Shown here in pieces: positions 39,401 to 52,900 of a stretch of 58,738 nt of DNA; positions within the stretch are counted from its first letter, which is position 1, and the number at the start of each line of letters is the position of its first letter. The notes under the pieces were generated by a model that did no database searches, had not been told where the DNA came from, and saw only the letters and a program-made list of their open reading frames with translations. Both the position numbers and the translations under genes were made by a program. The stretch lies in assembly GCA_003344405.1 (NCBI GenBank), contig NOWV01000300.1:1-58738 (forward strand), given 5' to 3'. This DNA is from Trichoplax sp. H2. Taxonomy: Eukaryota.

Positions 39401-42400
39401 CAAAAGCAATAATCGAAAGCAAATATCTAAATTTAAAGCATCATGTGGAGGTAACATTTAGTTTAGTGATTCACTCTATATGAACTATAAATGCTGCTTC
39501 ACTGAAGTTATAACTGAAGTACAGTTGCTGTAAGCTAATTTAAATATAAAGTGGATGAAATATTGGTGAAGTAATTTGCCAAACATAATTAGTATACTGT
39601 GAACGAATTAACTCAGTACTGTATCGTGCGTGGTACTTTTTCGTACAACTGATATATCACAGTACAGTGTAGGCGAAGTCGTCAGTCGATTATATTTATC
39701 TACAGTTAGTTCAGTAGAATAACTATCGATATGAGATAAACGCCTTTTATATCTCAGATAATGTAATTGAGTATCATCAACACGAAAAATATACAAGCAT
39801 TCTAAATGATATCGTACTCCATTTTAACAGCTTGCTGCATTGCACAGTATATTACTATTATTGCTGATGCAGATGCACAGAACATAGAACAATAACTTTA
39901 TTATTATAATGTGATGGAAGTAACAAGAAATAATTTTATTTTATAACAATATCTGTACTATAACACAATCTATATCCATACTCCGCATAAAATATTTTTA
40001 TCTCTTATCATACCTTGGTCGGTTTCCTTTTTCACCAAATATAGAAGATATTAAAAGAAAAAAATTTAAGTTTTAGAGTAATGATTAGGCAATAGAGCTT
40101 CATCAAAGCCAGTAGCTCCGATGTACAATCCGTGGAGTGGTTAGCTTATTATATGTAACGATAAGTACAATACGGTACTATACGATGCAAATTTTTATTA
40201 TTATCTGCAATGATATTGCAATGTTACGCGTATACTTCACTACAGTGAAGAATTTAAATACGGATCTGAGGTCTATCATTGGCTTTCAACTTTAATTGTG
40301 TATAACTTCAGGGTATAGTTTATAATCTACTTAGATACTATAGTTAGATAGAGTGGTTATCTTGATTTTATTGTATCATAAATGTATTTTTTCATGTAAA
40401 AAATACTCCTCAATGTTACGTAGTAACATTTCCCTTCGGCATACACTTTACTATATTGTATAACACTTTGAGACTCTGTCTTGACGAAGAAAATACAAGA
40501 GGTGAAAGGGACTTGATCCGAGATTTCTACACTGTGTTGTAAAATTAAGGGATGTAGCACTACCTAATACCTATAGTACACTGTTTATTAAATTAATTTA
40601 ATTAAAATATGTTTTAACACTCAAGAGTATGGTGCTGCGTATTTACTTGATGTCATTCATTAACTGAAAGCAAAAACGAGTTGTTCAAAAGATCGAAATA
40701 CCATAGGCTTGAGACCTTGAAGTATACTATACAAGATGATCGTGATGTCTACTGAAGACATTATCACTCCAATTCATGTTGTCAAATGAAAAGGATTTAG
40801 CAGTAGGAAACAGCTTTCCTGTCTGCTAGTCTTAACTCTTAAAGCCTGTCAAAAACATTCAAGGGCATATTACATAAAAACGTAGTGAAGTGAAACTAAG
40901 CAAGAATTGTTCGAAAAGGCTACAATACTGTACAAGGATATCTATCATTGTGGCCTCGTATTCCACCACACTTTGTCCCTTTTCAACTACGATACTGAAT
41001 ACGCGCCTTTTACTTCACGGTTATTTGCAATCAGATAGTCACTGCTACAATTGGATACATCTAGACAGATGCTCCATGCTAATCCAATATTGCGAATGAT
41101 CGCTGTAGACATAACAGTAAGTATGACTTATTCCAATGATACGAAAGCAAGCAACTATTAATCCAGTGAATATAGAGCATTCTATATATGTATATTAATT
41201 GGTTGCCAAATTCTATGTCAGACGACATTTACTGCCGTCGATATTTATTGATTGATTTATTACTGTTATCACGAATTGCACCAGATTATTATCCATGTTG
41301 ATTCAAATACTGGAAACGAAGAGTATGATCCATATTGTACAGTCCAGTATTGTACTATACATTGCACTACAATATAAAGTACTGTAGTCTACAGTATACG
41401 GTGTACTGTACTGTACTGCACCAGGATTTCCTTTGTCCCTAGGCCGTCCTCTTGCATTGTCCAATCCTTTAGGGTGACATACAGAAAAACAACCTCCATG
41501 ATATCATATGTTTCAAGCGTTCCAGACATGACGTTGCAAGTCAGTACTGCACTAGTGAACTGTCCTGTTGACCCAACAAGCACACGTACTACCTGAGTTC
41601 ACTCGCTGTATATGTCGTACTTCATTGTTCATGAAACGACAGCAAGACGTGCTTTCAGCCTTTGAGCCAAATACGCCTTTTACTCTATTGCAGTACAGCA
41701 CATTGAATGGAGGAAGAAACGAAAATAGAGGTGGAAATCTAGCGTATTTTCTAACTCATGGACAAATTGATAAACGAGAAACTATCATGTACCAAGCTGT
41801 GATGATTGTCTGCTTTACATGAAACGAACGTGTCTTTACCCAACTGATTGATAGCAATGAAAAAATTGGCTTACAGTATACAGTAAACTTGTATTTGCTC
41901 AGAGAGTGTCTGCTTCAATGTGGCCTTCATTCACTTTTTCCAAGGCTAATAACAGAAGTTGTATTTTGTACTTAATGCACTTAGGCAGAATAACTCAACT
42001 AACTACAGTACTGTCTAGTGATTGTATGGATATAAATGCAATCCATCTTATGCTATGATACATGCTGTACCATGAAGGAATGTCAAATATTTCCAGTCTA
42101 AGATGACTCCCTACCTATCAACCGCCATGACTCTCATCAATCATTCAAAGCATTACAAGTCTATATACAACGAATGCTCAATATATGTTCTATAACGAAA
42201 GTACATGAATAGGATTGTCAAAAATTAAAATACGGACATAATACGAGCATAGGTTCTAGTCAACATGTATAAAATTTACAACGCAGTGAGTCATTAAAGT
42301 GGACTAAATTTTCCCTCTCGCCCTTCCTTAATTGATAAATTAGAGGCATCAAGGCAGCGGGTGGTCTTGCTTTCTTAACATATTACAGTAATTTATTTAT

Positions 42401-44707
42401 CTTATTTCGTTGTTACTAGCGTCAGAGCATAATCGAAGAGAAGGAAATTGATTCTTAGTGAAAGGAAGTGATCAATCATAAAGTCATGATCATAGATACC
42501 TCCGTATCTTTGTAAACGCATGCATAATGTTGAGTAGGAATTCAGAACCTATTTCTTACAAGGTAGCCGAAATCGATATCGATAGGAAAAAAAGTGAAAT
42601 CGTACAGTAGCTTATTTAAGTAGGGGGGCATTCTACTTCACTGTAAAATAGAAACCAAAACAATGTCGTGTTCACAAAGATCTACGGTCTCCATTTAACC
42701 TTATATTGTACATCTTTAATTTTTTACTTATATGTAAGTACAGTAAAGTAGCAGCCCATATCGTATTAGCATTGTCGTCTCGATTCTCTTAAGATACAAT
42801 CCATGACTAACTAAAAACAATGTGCTCGTATATCGCACAAACGAGTACAGTATGTAGCTTGGAATGCGTTTACAGTACTATACTGCACTGTACACGAAAT
42901 GATCATGTGTGAATGCAGTGTGCAGTTTTTGACTTAAAAACGCCCGAGACTTTAATCTGTCTACTTGTACAAGCACAATAAGTATAATTACGGAAACGCT
43001 TCCATTAAATGGCCCCAAATTTTATCATCAAATCGAATTTAAACGCACGAATTATAGGAAACTAATTAATCAATTAAGATCATCAATGTTACGTCCTAAT
43101 AAAAATTCTTACAAACAAAGCAATGAATCAGTTTAAATCAAAATTTAGTTGAAGACGCAATACTGTATTGGGTAATGAAGTTCTCATTACAATCTATGAC
43201 GATACCAAATGATAACTGCAATCAATATCCTACGTGCGTCCTTTATTATTCTTATTCTTATTAAATACGTTTCTTACCCTTCTGTCTGCAATAAAGTTTG
43301 ATTGCTTTCCATATCAACAACGCTCACCGGATCGAGGCCTAGCTCTGCATTTGTAGACAATCATATTTGTATAAAATTAAAAATCAACATAGCAAAGTAT
43401 ACTGGTCTTATATCATAATTTACAACACGATCAACTATAGTATTTATTCAATTAGTCCTAATTTGATACAGTATACGGATACAGTTAGGTGCACTGAAAC
43501 ACCTTGGCGTGATTTAAGTCTACACCAGTATATTTTACATCCTCAGATCTCTTATAACAAACTTCATCTTTACTATAATGTCCTAATACAGTTTTTAAAT
43601 ATCATACAAGAGTTCAATTGGACGAGTAAATATTCTGAAAATGTGTGAACTGTAAATTTATATATAAAACAACGGAAGAAATAGTGAGAAAATCGCCAAC
43701 TAGAAATTGGAAGTATTGTGTCCTGGTATCAACTTTGTATACGCGTACTTCAGTCTAGAACGATATGCCGTCTAGTTCTACTCCATCGCAATATATTGTC
43801 ACTGAGGGATCTGCTGTATTCATACACGTCAATGCCTTAGCTAAATGCCTTCCATCACTGTCTGAAATCTCTCAGCTCATTCAATTTAACACACACCACC
43901 AATGGTAACTACGACTACGTAGAATCTGGGCAAAGTTATAGAATAGAACACCTTGTACTTAAAGTATGTACTCAAACAATAATCCATTATAAATTACTTC
44001 ATAAGCAGCAAAGCTGAGGCCGATAAATAGTCAGCTTGGCTGTCAATAGTATTTAGCATTAATTATACAGTATCGCAGACATCAAAGACACCATTTTGAC
44101 GACAGAGTACAGACCTAGTACAGTTTCAGTAGGAATTATTCGTAGATAATACAATACTGTATGATTCAGGTTAAGATATGAGCGGCTATTTGACTTAAAT
44201 AAACTTGTACCGTTTCATCAAAATGACCACACGGCACATATTGCAATTTATCGTCAAGTATGTAGGAAAGACTATTGAAGAATAAATAACGCAATGGATT
44301 GAAAAAAGGATGGATAAAGTATACTTTGGATGAACTGGTATGAAAATCCTATCACTCTTTTTCAATTATTATGACATTAAAATGTGAAATACCTCTACAG
44401 TACTGTACTAGTACTAGGGTCGATTAGGTCTATTTGTTATTTTGTTGAATCAGTGGAATGTTCTGAATACGGACAATCCTATTTGTAATAGATACGGAGC
44501 ACAGGATCTGATTTAACTTCATATACCGTCTATCGAGCAACAAACTGACTGTATGTGTCTGTGTAGTGGTAGTTTATGAAGCGATATGTAAGAAAATTAG
44601 GAATGGCAAAAGTGCCATCCTGTAACTGCTGTCAAGCCAAGTAGCAATCATCACTTACCTCTCTTATTAAAGGGTCGAACACGAACGGCTACCTGAACTT
44701 TCGACAT
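30491..44707 (-). CDS. KIF13: Kinesin-3, KIF13A/B (Khc-73)-like, many exons
   Basis: Starts [27 protein letters not shown]-loop [52 protein letters not shown] region ([18 protein letters not shown]...[12 protein letters not shown]); KIF13 features ([48 protein letters not shown]); low-complexity last exon ends GEIDA*. Internal exon edges were not all verified. Confidence 0.95.
30677..30722 (-). repeat. (AAT)n microsatellite encoding an Asn-rich tract in the last KIF13 exon
   Basis: Translates as [17 protein letters not shown] in ORF 30491-31051. Confidence 0.85.
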
Positions 44708-45885
44708 GTTTCCCTGTGTTTAAAGTGGTCTTTCTACTGCCAATAGAAAGCGACCAGTTCTACAGCCTGTAGTGTTAAGATGGAGGAATATCGTTGCCTT
44801 CACGATTGTTGGATTACCTCTCCACTGTTGTCGTATGATACGTGGAGTTTTTCGTTTGCGGTGTGTAGACCGTAACAGCGCAAGATATCGTGTTGATGGC
44901 AATCAGCAGGAGAGAAAATCTACTCCGCTTGAATCAATATACAGCACACTCTTGTCAACTTCTACAATAGAACTACATGCAAATCATGCAGCATGATGAG
45001 TTAGTGATGACCAGAGTTTGGGAATTTTAATTAAAAATGCGAACCAGATGACTTTGAAAGACGAACGACGATAGTCAGTGATGTAATGATGACTGATTAT
45101 ATAACTGTAGGCTTCAAGCAGTCAAGCCCATTAACAGTCTACTCTACCTAGCGTTTCCAAGTGTGTTTTGCGGTACAGTTGCCTCTTGTCTGTGGTGGTA
45201 CGGCGCAGTATTAGCAAATCACGAGAATACGGTCTAGTGTCCTGAAGTACAGTGTACAGTACGCTGCGTACAGTACAATACTGTAGAATCTGCATTCTGA
45301 TGTGCACGTGAACACTACGAGAGTACTGGTACCGAGTCAAGTCAAAGTGGACCGAGCAATATCGATCGTGCATAGAGATCAAGCAAGAGCAAATTGGCTG
45401 ATTCTAATAATAATTATTATTTATTTATTTATTTATACTGTACAGTACTACACATGGAAAGTTTGCACAGTGCAAAAAAATGCCGTGGACAATGTATGAC
45501 CATCGTTTGACCAAAGACTTGTAAGAAAAAAAGCTCGGTTATACAGTACACTATACAGGAGATACTTTGGTGAATATAGGAAGTAACTGAAAGTACCTAA
45601 GCCATAACTGTACAGAGTACATGGTGCACGACAGACTTCAACCGCTCCATTTGTTAACTCAATGTCAATAACTTTCAAACGAAAGCATATGGTACAGTAC
45701 AGTACCGGAGGTACCACTCCCAGTCGACTCGCGGGTGTGTGTAGTGTATGGACGAGACTCGGTACCGTATTTCATGCAGCTGATGCTACTGACCACGTCA
45801 GCCGGTAGGCAGGTCACGTAATACAACTCAGCTGATATTAAAAGTTGCAGTGATTTTTAGACGAGATTGGTGCCACATAACTTTG

Positions 45886-47058
45886 CAAATGATCCTAGTT
45901 GATGTTGACTAGTCCCTTATAAGTGTCAAAATTTGAAAACACCCATCAGATTCATGCACAATTACACATCGATCACTGATATCAATGACAATGCAGTAGT
46001 GTACTGTAGAGTACAGTAAGTAAACACGGTAACGTTGATCGCATTTTATAGTACTTTTTATCCTTGCCACAGTGTAATAGACTGTAGACTACAGTACATT
46101 GTACAAGGTTCAAGTTGATCAGGAAGAACGATCCTGTACAGGACAGTGTCTGTCAAGCACTCTGTCCATGCTACGAAACACTATGGAAACAGCTTGCTTC
46201 TGACATCCAGTTTCTTGGATCTCTGTAGTACAGTGTACAGTACTGTCAGCACGAGATTTGTACTGTGCACTATACACTGTAGTACAGCACACCTATCACT
46301 AGAGCTCAACAAAGCCTTTCGACGCGGACGTACAGACTGCTGTACATAAGATAGAATAATAATAATAATAATAATCATCACAAATTCACAATACACTGAG
46401 TACTGTACAGACTGTAATTTATTTTATTTTTGGGGGATTCATCGCTTTTTCCTGTTCAACCTGATACTTACAAATGATCCTAGTTGATGTTCACTAGTCC
46501 CTTATAAGTATCAAAATTTGAAAACACCCATCAGATTTAGCCTCTAGATTTAGGCACAATTGCACGTCGATCACAATGACAATACGTACTGTAGATCGCA
46601 TTTCACAGTACTTTGTATCCTTGCCACTGTGTAATAGACTGTAGTCTACAGTACATTGTGCAAGGTTCAAGTTGATCAGCAAGAACGATCCTGTACACTG
46701 TACAGGATCGTTCTTGCAGTGTACAGGACAGTGTCTGTCAAGCACTCTGTCCATGCTACGAAACATTATGGAAACAGCTTGCTTCTGTTTGTGTCCAGTT
46801 TCTTGGATCTCTATAGTACAGTGTACAGTACTGTCAACACGAGATTTGTACTGTACGCTGTACACTGTAGTACAGCACACCTACTGTATCACTAGAGGCT
46901 AGAGCTCAACAAAGCCTTTCGACGCGGACGTACAGACTGTTGTACATAAGGTATGATAATAATAATAATCATCACAATACACTGAGTACTGTACAGACTG
47001 TAATTTCTATTTTTTTTTTTTTTTTTTGATTCATCGCTTTTTCCAGTTCAACTTGATA
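45886..47058. repeat. Tandem duplication, 2 units of about 585 bp, between the divergent KIF13 and GTF3C2 genes
   Basis: Units start CAAATGATCCTAGTTGATGTT at 45886 and 46471 and are collinear with indels through TTCAAC(C/T)TGATA. Confidence 0.9.
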
Positions 47059-49932
47059 TCAACATTGTCAGCCGAATCCCCTTTTTGGTTGTCTATCATG
47101 GTGCGTTACTATCAACATTTCTAGGATCAACTAGGACTATCGTAGAGCTAATAGACACTGTAGACTAGCTTTCAGGAGCATCAACGTCTTCAACTTGCAA
47201 ATTTGGTATCAAATTGAGCTCAAGGATGCCGCGACGATCAGCTTTGTTGAAGAAGGACGTTGGTAAGAATGAACAGACTATAACAGACAAGATTCAAGCT
47301 TCATCTCCAATTCATGGGATCTCCTCTGCTGGAAGCCATAAAAGCTCACGTACAATTCCAGCAAAGAAAATAGCTTGGTTAGTTGCACATCTTGTTATCA
47401 AAGCTTCAGAAATTGCATCGATCGCAACTTAACGTATTCAAGTCGATCTTCGATATAGTCAGCACGTCGACAGTAGACTGGACGATAGACGTCTAGTAAA
47501 TACGTACTGTACTCCCCCAATATTCTTGTTCCATTCAGAAATGCATATAACTACGTATAATGTTGCTGTTATGAAAGAATGGATCCATTTCAAATTTTCG
47601 AAAGCCTAAGATTAGAATGCATGATTGTGCACGTATGCCAGACACTGTAACTTATATAGACGAACGCCATGGCTCAAATTTGAGACAGTGTTTGGCAATA
47701 CAAGGTGCTAAAATTCCAATCGCATGAGGATGGTAAATGATAATACGTATGGTGTTATTGCACAATGTAATGAAGGTACTAGATTTAGACGACGAAATAC
47801 TCGTAGAACATCCTTCTCAAGGACAATTATATTTTCAACAAGAAGGCCAATCATCATTAGACGGATAGAATACTGTTAACTGTATATCGACAAAGATACA
47901 GGTCTTTCTTCTTGCTCCTACAGTAGAAAATACCTGAGTATATTGACATTGGTTATTGATACAATCACCACGACTTGCACATATGACCTAGCTACAATCA
48001 CCAACATTAATATCCAGATATAATCTACAGTACCTATTCAACACTAAATCTAGCACAGTTATCACTTAGTCTATTAATTAAAGCACTACTTTAATAATAT
48101 AATATATGACCGTATGCATACGTCTTCAGTCGTCTTCTTACCTTCGCCGTTGACATCTACAGTATAGTAAAATATCTCTTGTCAACTTTTACACTGCAAA
48201 TTGCAAGTGAATTTAATAATTAATTGTTAAGTACTGCCTAACAAATAAAGATATCCTATACGCGTTAGATACACCATGTAGTTGACGGTTTTACTTTTAG
48301 ATAGTACCTCAAACAATCATCCTAGCCAATTATTACATAGACCTGTAATGCAATATAGCTAAAATTATCGAAATCTTGCAATCAATTAATCTCTCTTAGG
48401 TAAAATGATATATGATATTTTACGTGTATGCAGGCTTGTACAAGTCGTAATCGAACTATCTTAATCATAACTGCAAACAGCGGCTGCCACTAAGCATCAA
48501 TAGTAGACTACACTGTAACCTTTCCATTCTTTTCATTCAAAGATGACCGTTTTATGCAATACTGGATATCGTGTTATAATAAGTTATTAATCCCAAGAAT
48601 AACCTGTGTCTTCTACTTCGTATATTTATCATAGTTCATCTGGCAATTCCACTTTAAAACGGGGCAGCCAAAGGTTGGTGAATGCATGAACTTTTATTAG
48701 CTTATTAATAGATTTCTATATAGTCTATTCTATGCTGTAGCATAAATTGAAAAGAACCTATAATTATTCTGTAATATAGAGACTATAATTTGTCTTAAGC
48801 TATGTTCTTACCAGCATCTCTGCTACTTTTAAACAATCCCTTTATTCCTAGAACAACTGATACGTAATTTAGAGCTATACTTAAAGTATATAAGCTGTAC
48901 ATGAAAAATACATCTTACTATTGATATAACGTTATTCCAATTTTTAAACTTCTGCTGGATCTATCTTCCTCCTTGGCTTGCACTTGCATCAAATTTATTA
49001 ATTTAATTCAGAAAACAAGAAAAAAACACGGTAAAATCTAGTCTAAAGGCTGAATTTTATAATCAGAGCCATACAATGCTAAATTAAACTATGGTATTAC
49101 CATTACTATTCATAATTTATAACTCTATCATGCCGGTAATGTCCAGGACGTTTAATGCATTAGCTTAGCGCTACAGAGTCTCTTACATTGAATTATTCGT
49201 ACTAGGAAATATACGTGTATACCTGTATGTGCTCACATATATTACTTTAATGGTATAAGCTTGTACACTTTCCCTAGTTCCTTTTTGTAGAATTAGAATA
49301 TTGTTAATGGCTAACATTTTACAATTATAAAGTGCAATACTGACCCTTTATTAATGCACCCTGGTTCAATGCAATAATATTACGGATAGTAACATCTAAG
49401 TTTTAATATATAGTGCTCATTTACTGTAGCATTACATGACAATTTTCCTAAATAAGATTACTTCCATTACTACATACCGCAGTTCTGTATTCAAACTGGC
49501 AATCACTTCAGAAAGATCTACTTGATTTATATAACGTTCACGAGATATTAATTGTACGTTACAATTATGATAGATATAACGAGTTATTATACGTAACTTC
49601 AACGTTACTTCGTGTTACATAATTTCCATCACTGTTAGCAGCAAACGTAGAAAATTAAGAGAAGTTTCATAGTACCGCTGCGTACATTATTTTCCGTTGG
49701 CAGGTCATTACCCATTAGAGTATGGAATATATCAATCATTTTGAGCTATTATAATCTAAGAATGTGCCTCACGTACATACGAAATCGGATTTAGATGCTA
49801 TACAACCCATTGATAGTTTCTACAACTTATTTGCAGATTTCATTACAATTGATTGTGAGAATGAATAGCATAAAGCTAATCGGAATACAATAAGGAATAA
49901 CTATTAATTGCAGATATAATTAAATTCACTAG

Positions 49933-52900
49933 AGTATCAGTTTGGATCGAAAATCGTTGCAAGATCAACTAAAAAAAAATAAAAAATTGGAATGTCCGAA
50001 ATGTTCTATTCTTTTCAAGACAGTTAGTGGATACATTTATCATCAGCAACGTTGTGGTCAGGTATGAAGTCATTACTTACATTACTGTATCAGCTCTCAA
50101 TAACAATTTTATACTTGATATAAAATCGTAAAAATTAACAACAAAATAATTTTTTAATTTAGGAGAAACCTATCATTACATGTACACTATGTGATAAAAC
50201 CTATACCTCAGAAGCCGGTTTACAGTATCATCTGAAGGTTTCTCATGGCACTGATAAGGTACAGTGGATTTGTCGAAATACCTTTATTGTCGTTTTTATA
50301 AATTAACAAATTAATTTGTCAATTTTACCATTTAATCTTAATCTCTCGTTAACTCTTTAAATATGCAAATGTTTCAGTCCTCAACCGGACTAGAAGATTT
50401 AGAAGCAGAATCTTCTGCTGTTGTTATAGGAAATAAAAAGAGAAAATCTGCTGTAAGGTATGCTTTATTACAAATGATTATTGGTTATATTTTTATGCTT
50501 TATATGATATTGCCTTTGGAGTTGATAAAATGCAGTAAAAGCAAGTCAATTTTGCATTTAATACATAAATAGGCATGTAATGTATCTACCTGTATACTCT
50601 TGTCTTACAGTGCTGCCATCGAGTCTTTCTGATGCTGTAGTGTAAACGATCACTACTTGATGATATTAACTATGCCTAACAATAGCCATGTTAATATCGT
50701 TGCAATTCTACATAAATGTCATTTACTGTGTAATACCAATTCCATTCAGATTACTGAACGATGATCAATATTTTTGTGATGTACTGTATATCACCTAATC
50801 AATTTATAACACTATAAGATAAGTAATTAAGAATAATACGACATCAATTGATAGTATATATGATGATATTATGCGTATACAAGTCGAAATACACGTCGTA
50901 ACATTGTAGTAATATCCGATTCTAAATCAGATGGTAATCACACTTCGTAATAATAAGTCTAAATTGCACGTATTCATTTTATGCTTTTGAAAAATTTTGA
51001 ACGTGCTAGGGCCGCGGAATTAATAATTTCAACAGCTAATGCTGACGACGATGAAGTGGAAATTGAAAGTACCCAGCTAGGTGGAAACAATAAGGTATAC
51101 ATATTATGCATTAATACACTACGGTCATTGGGCTATAAACATGTTTACAATTTTACGGAATTCAAAATTATGGCGATTTAAGAAAATTTTGAGAACGAAC
51201 GATATATTTTTGAAATCTCAGAAAATGAAATCTTCAATACTGCTTGTTGTTAATTCTGGAATAGGATGTAGCATTAAATAAAAACACGATAAAGACTGCT
51301 CGCGTTGCCTTAAAGAAGAATGGTGCTATTAAGTGCCTTAATAAGGTTTCCAATCCTCGTTCGCTTTAATTATTGTAATTTAAGAATCTTGTATTTTAGA
51401 ACTGCTTCGGTGAGTTTACATTAATATCGATAGCGTAATTTTACACAATGTATCGATGTTAGGAGTGTAACGCGGTCTTTACTACAATTCCTGGGCTTAA
51501 ATATCACCTACAGAAGTGTGGATCGGTAAATATCAAACCTGGAATATAGTTTAATATTTAATACCAAGCAAATGAGCCCTACATTTTTGTGAATTATATG
51601 AAAAATTACGCTATCCTCAGCTAGTTATTATGTTTAAATCGTATAGGATTTAATCAGATTTCAATGCAATAAATGTGACATGACATACAAATCTGAGGCA
51701 GGCTTAAAGCATCACTCTAAAACTGTTCATAAGGCAAGTTAATAGTATCGTCACCATAAACAAGAACCTTAGATTTAAAATCTAAACTTAAAGAATAATC
51801 GCAGTAAAATTTGGGATTTCATAAGGACTCAGATTATGCAATGGATGTTGCCTCAGATCGTGATAAAAGTAGTTACTTGGTCAGTGGTGCGAGAAAGAGT
51901 ACCAGTAAAATAAAATTAAAGCAAGCAATGAAATTATCTCTTCCTCTAAGAGCTTTTATTCACAATAACGTTAATTGGATCAAAGAGAGGTTAGGAAAAA
52001 AGTGTAATTATTACCCACTTTTATTTTCTTCCGCTCATACCTTCTGTTCTTGCTTTAGTCGGCAAACTACACATTGTCAAATTACATTTACTGGCTGGAA
52101 ACCTACTACAAATCATGTTCGACCTCTTACTGAAAAGTTAGATTCCGCTAATATTTGAATTTATAAAATATAAACTTGTACTGGATACGTATTAACTTCC
52201 GATATATCAATACTTATGATCCGATGAAATAGTGAATTTGTAGGCTTTCTTCCGGACACTAAAGAATCTCCGTATTTCAAATTGAATTGCCAAAGGTCAT
52301 GTGTGGAGGATCTTACAAAGTTGAAATTATTCGAATCAAAATATGTATATTCTGATGGTAATTTAAGATGATTGTTTATCTTATGCCTAATTATGTCGAG
52401 ATTTTTTTAATCAATTTTTGATTACTTCCATTCTAAATGAAATTGTTTTATCTAATTTTGCATATGCAGCAAATTCGGCGGCGTTATTTGTTGGAGATCC
52501 TGTTTGGACAGTAGCTTGGTGCCCTATTCCGGGTATGTAGATTTAAATTAAATTAATACCTTTTTTGAAAGGACTTCTCATAACCTTGTTTCTAACAGAT
52601 GATGCAGAACTGACAGAACAGTACGTTGCGATTAGCACTAACAAAGCACAGACCCATGTGTGTAAATATTATACTTCGATATAAATTAATCGACACGTCT
52701 GTACAACTAAGCTTCATTTAAACGTGGTACCGTTTTTATCTTGTAAGGCTCATAATATTTACAAATGTGAAACGACACGCGGGATTATACAACTTTGGAA
52801 TTGTGGTAAATTACAGAAAAGGTCTGTGCCACATTAAAATATGCATATCTCTAACAATTGATAAATCTCCACGTAATTTACTATCACCTCTTACAGGCAA

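Noticed and set aside
41389..41583. 64-aa ORF inside KIF13 intron 2 (possible alternative first exon)
   Set aside because: No convincing donor or homology, and it runs into a TACAG repeat.
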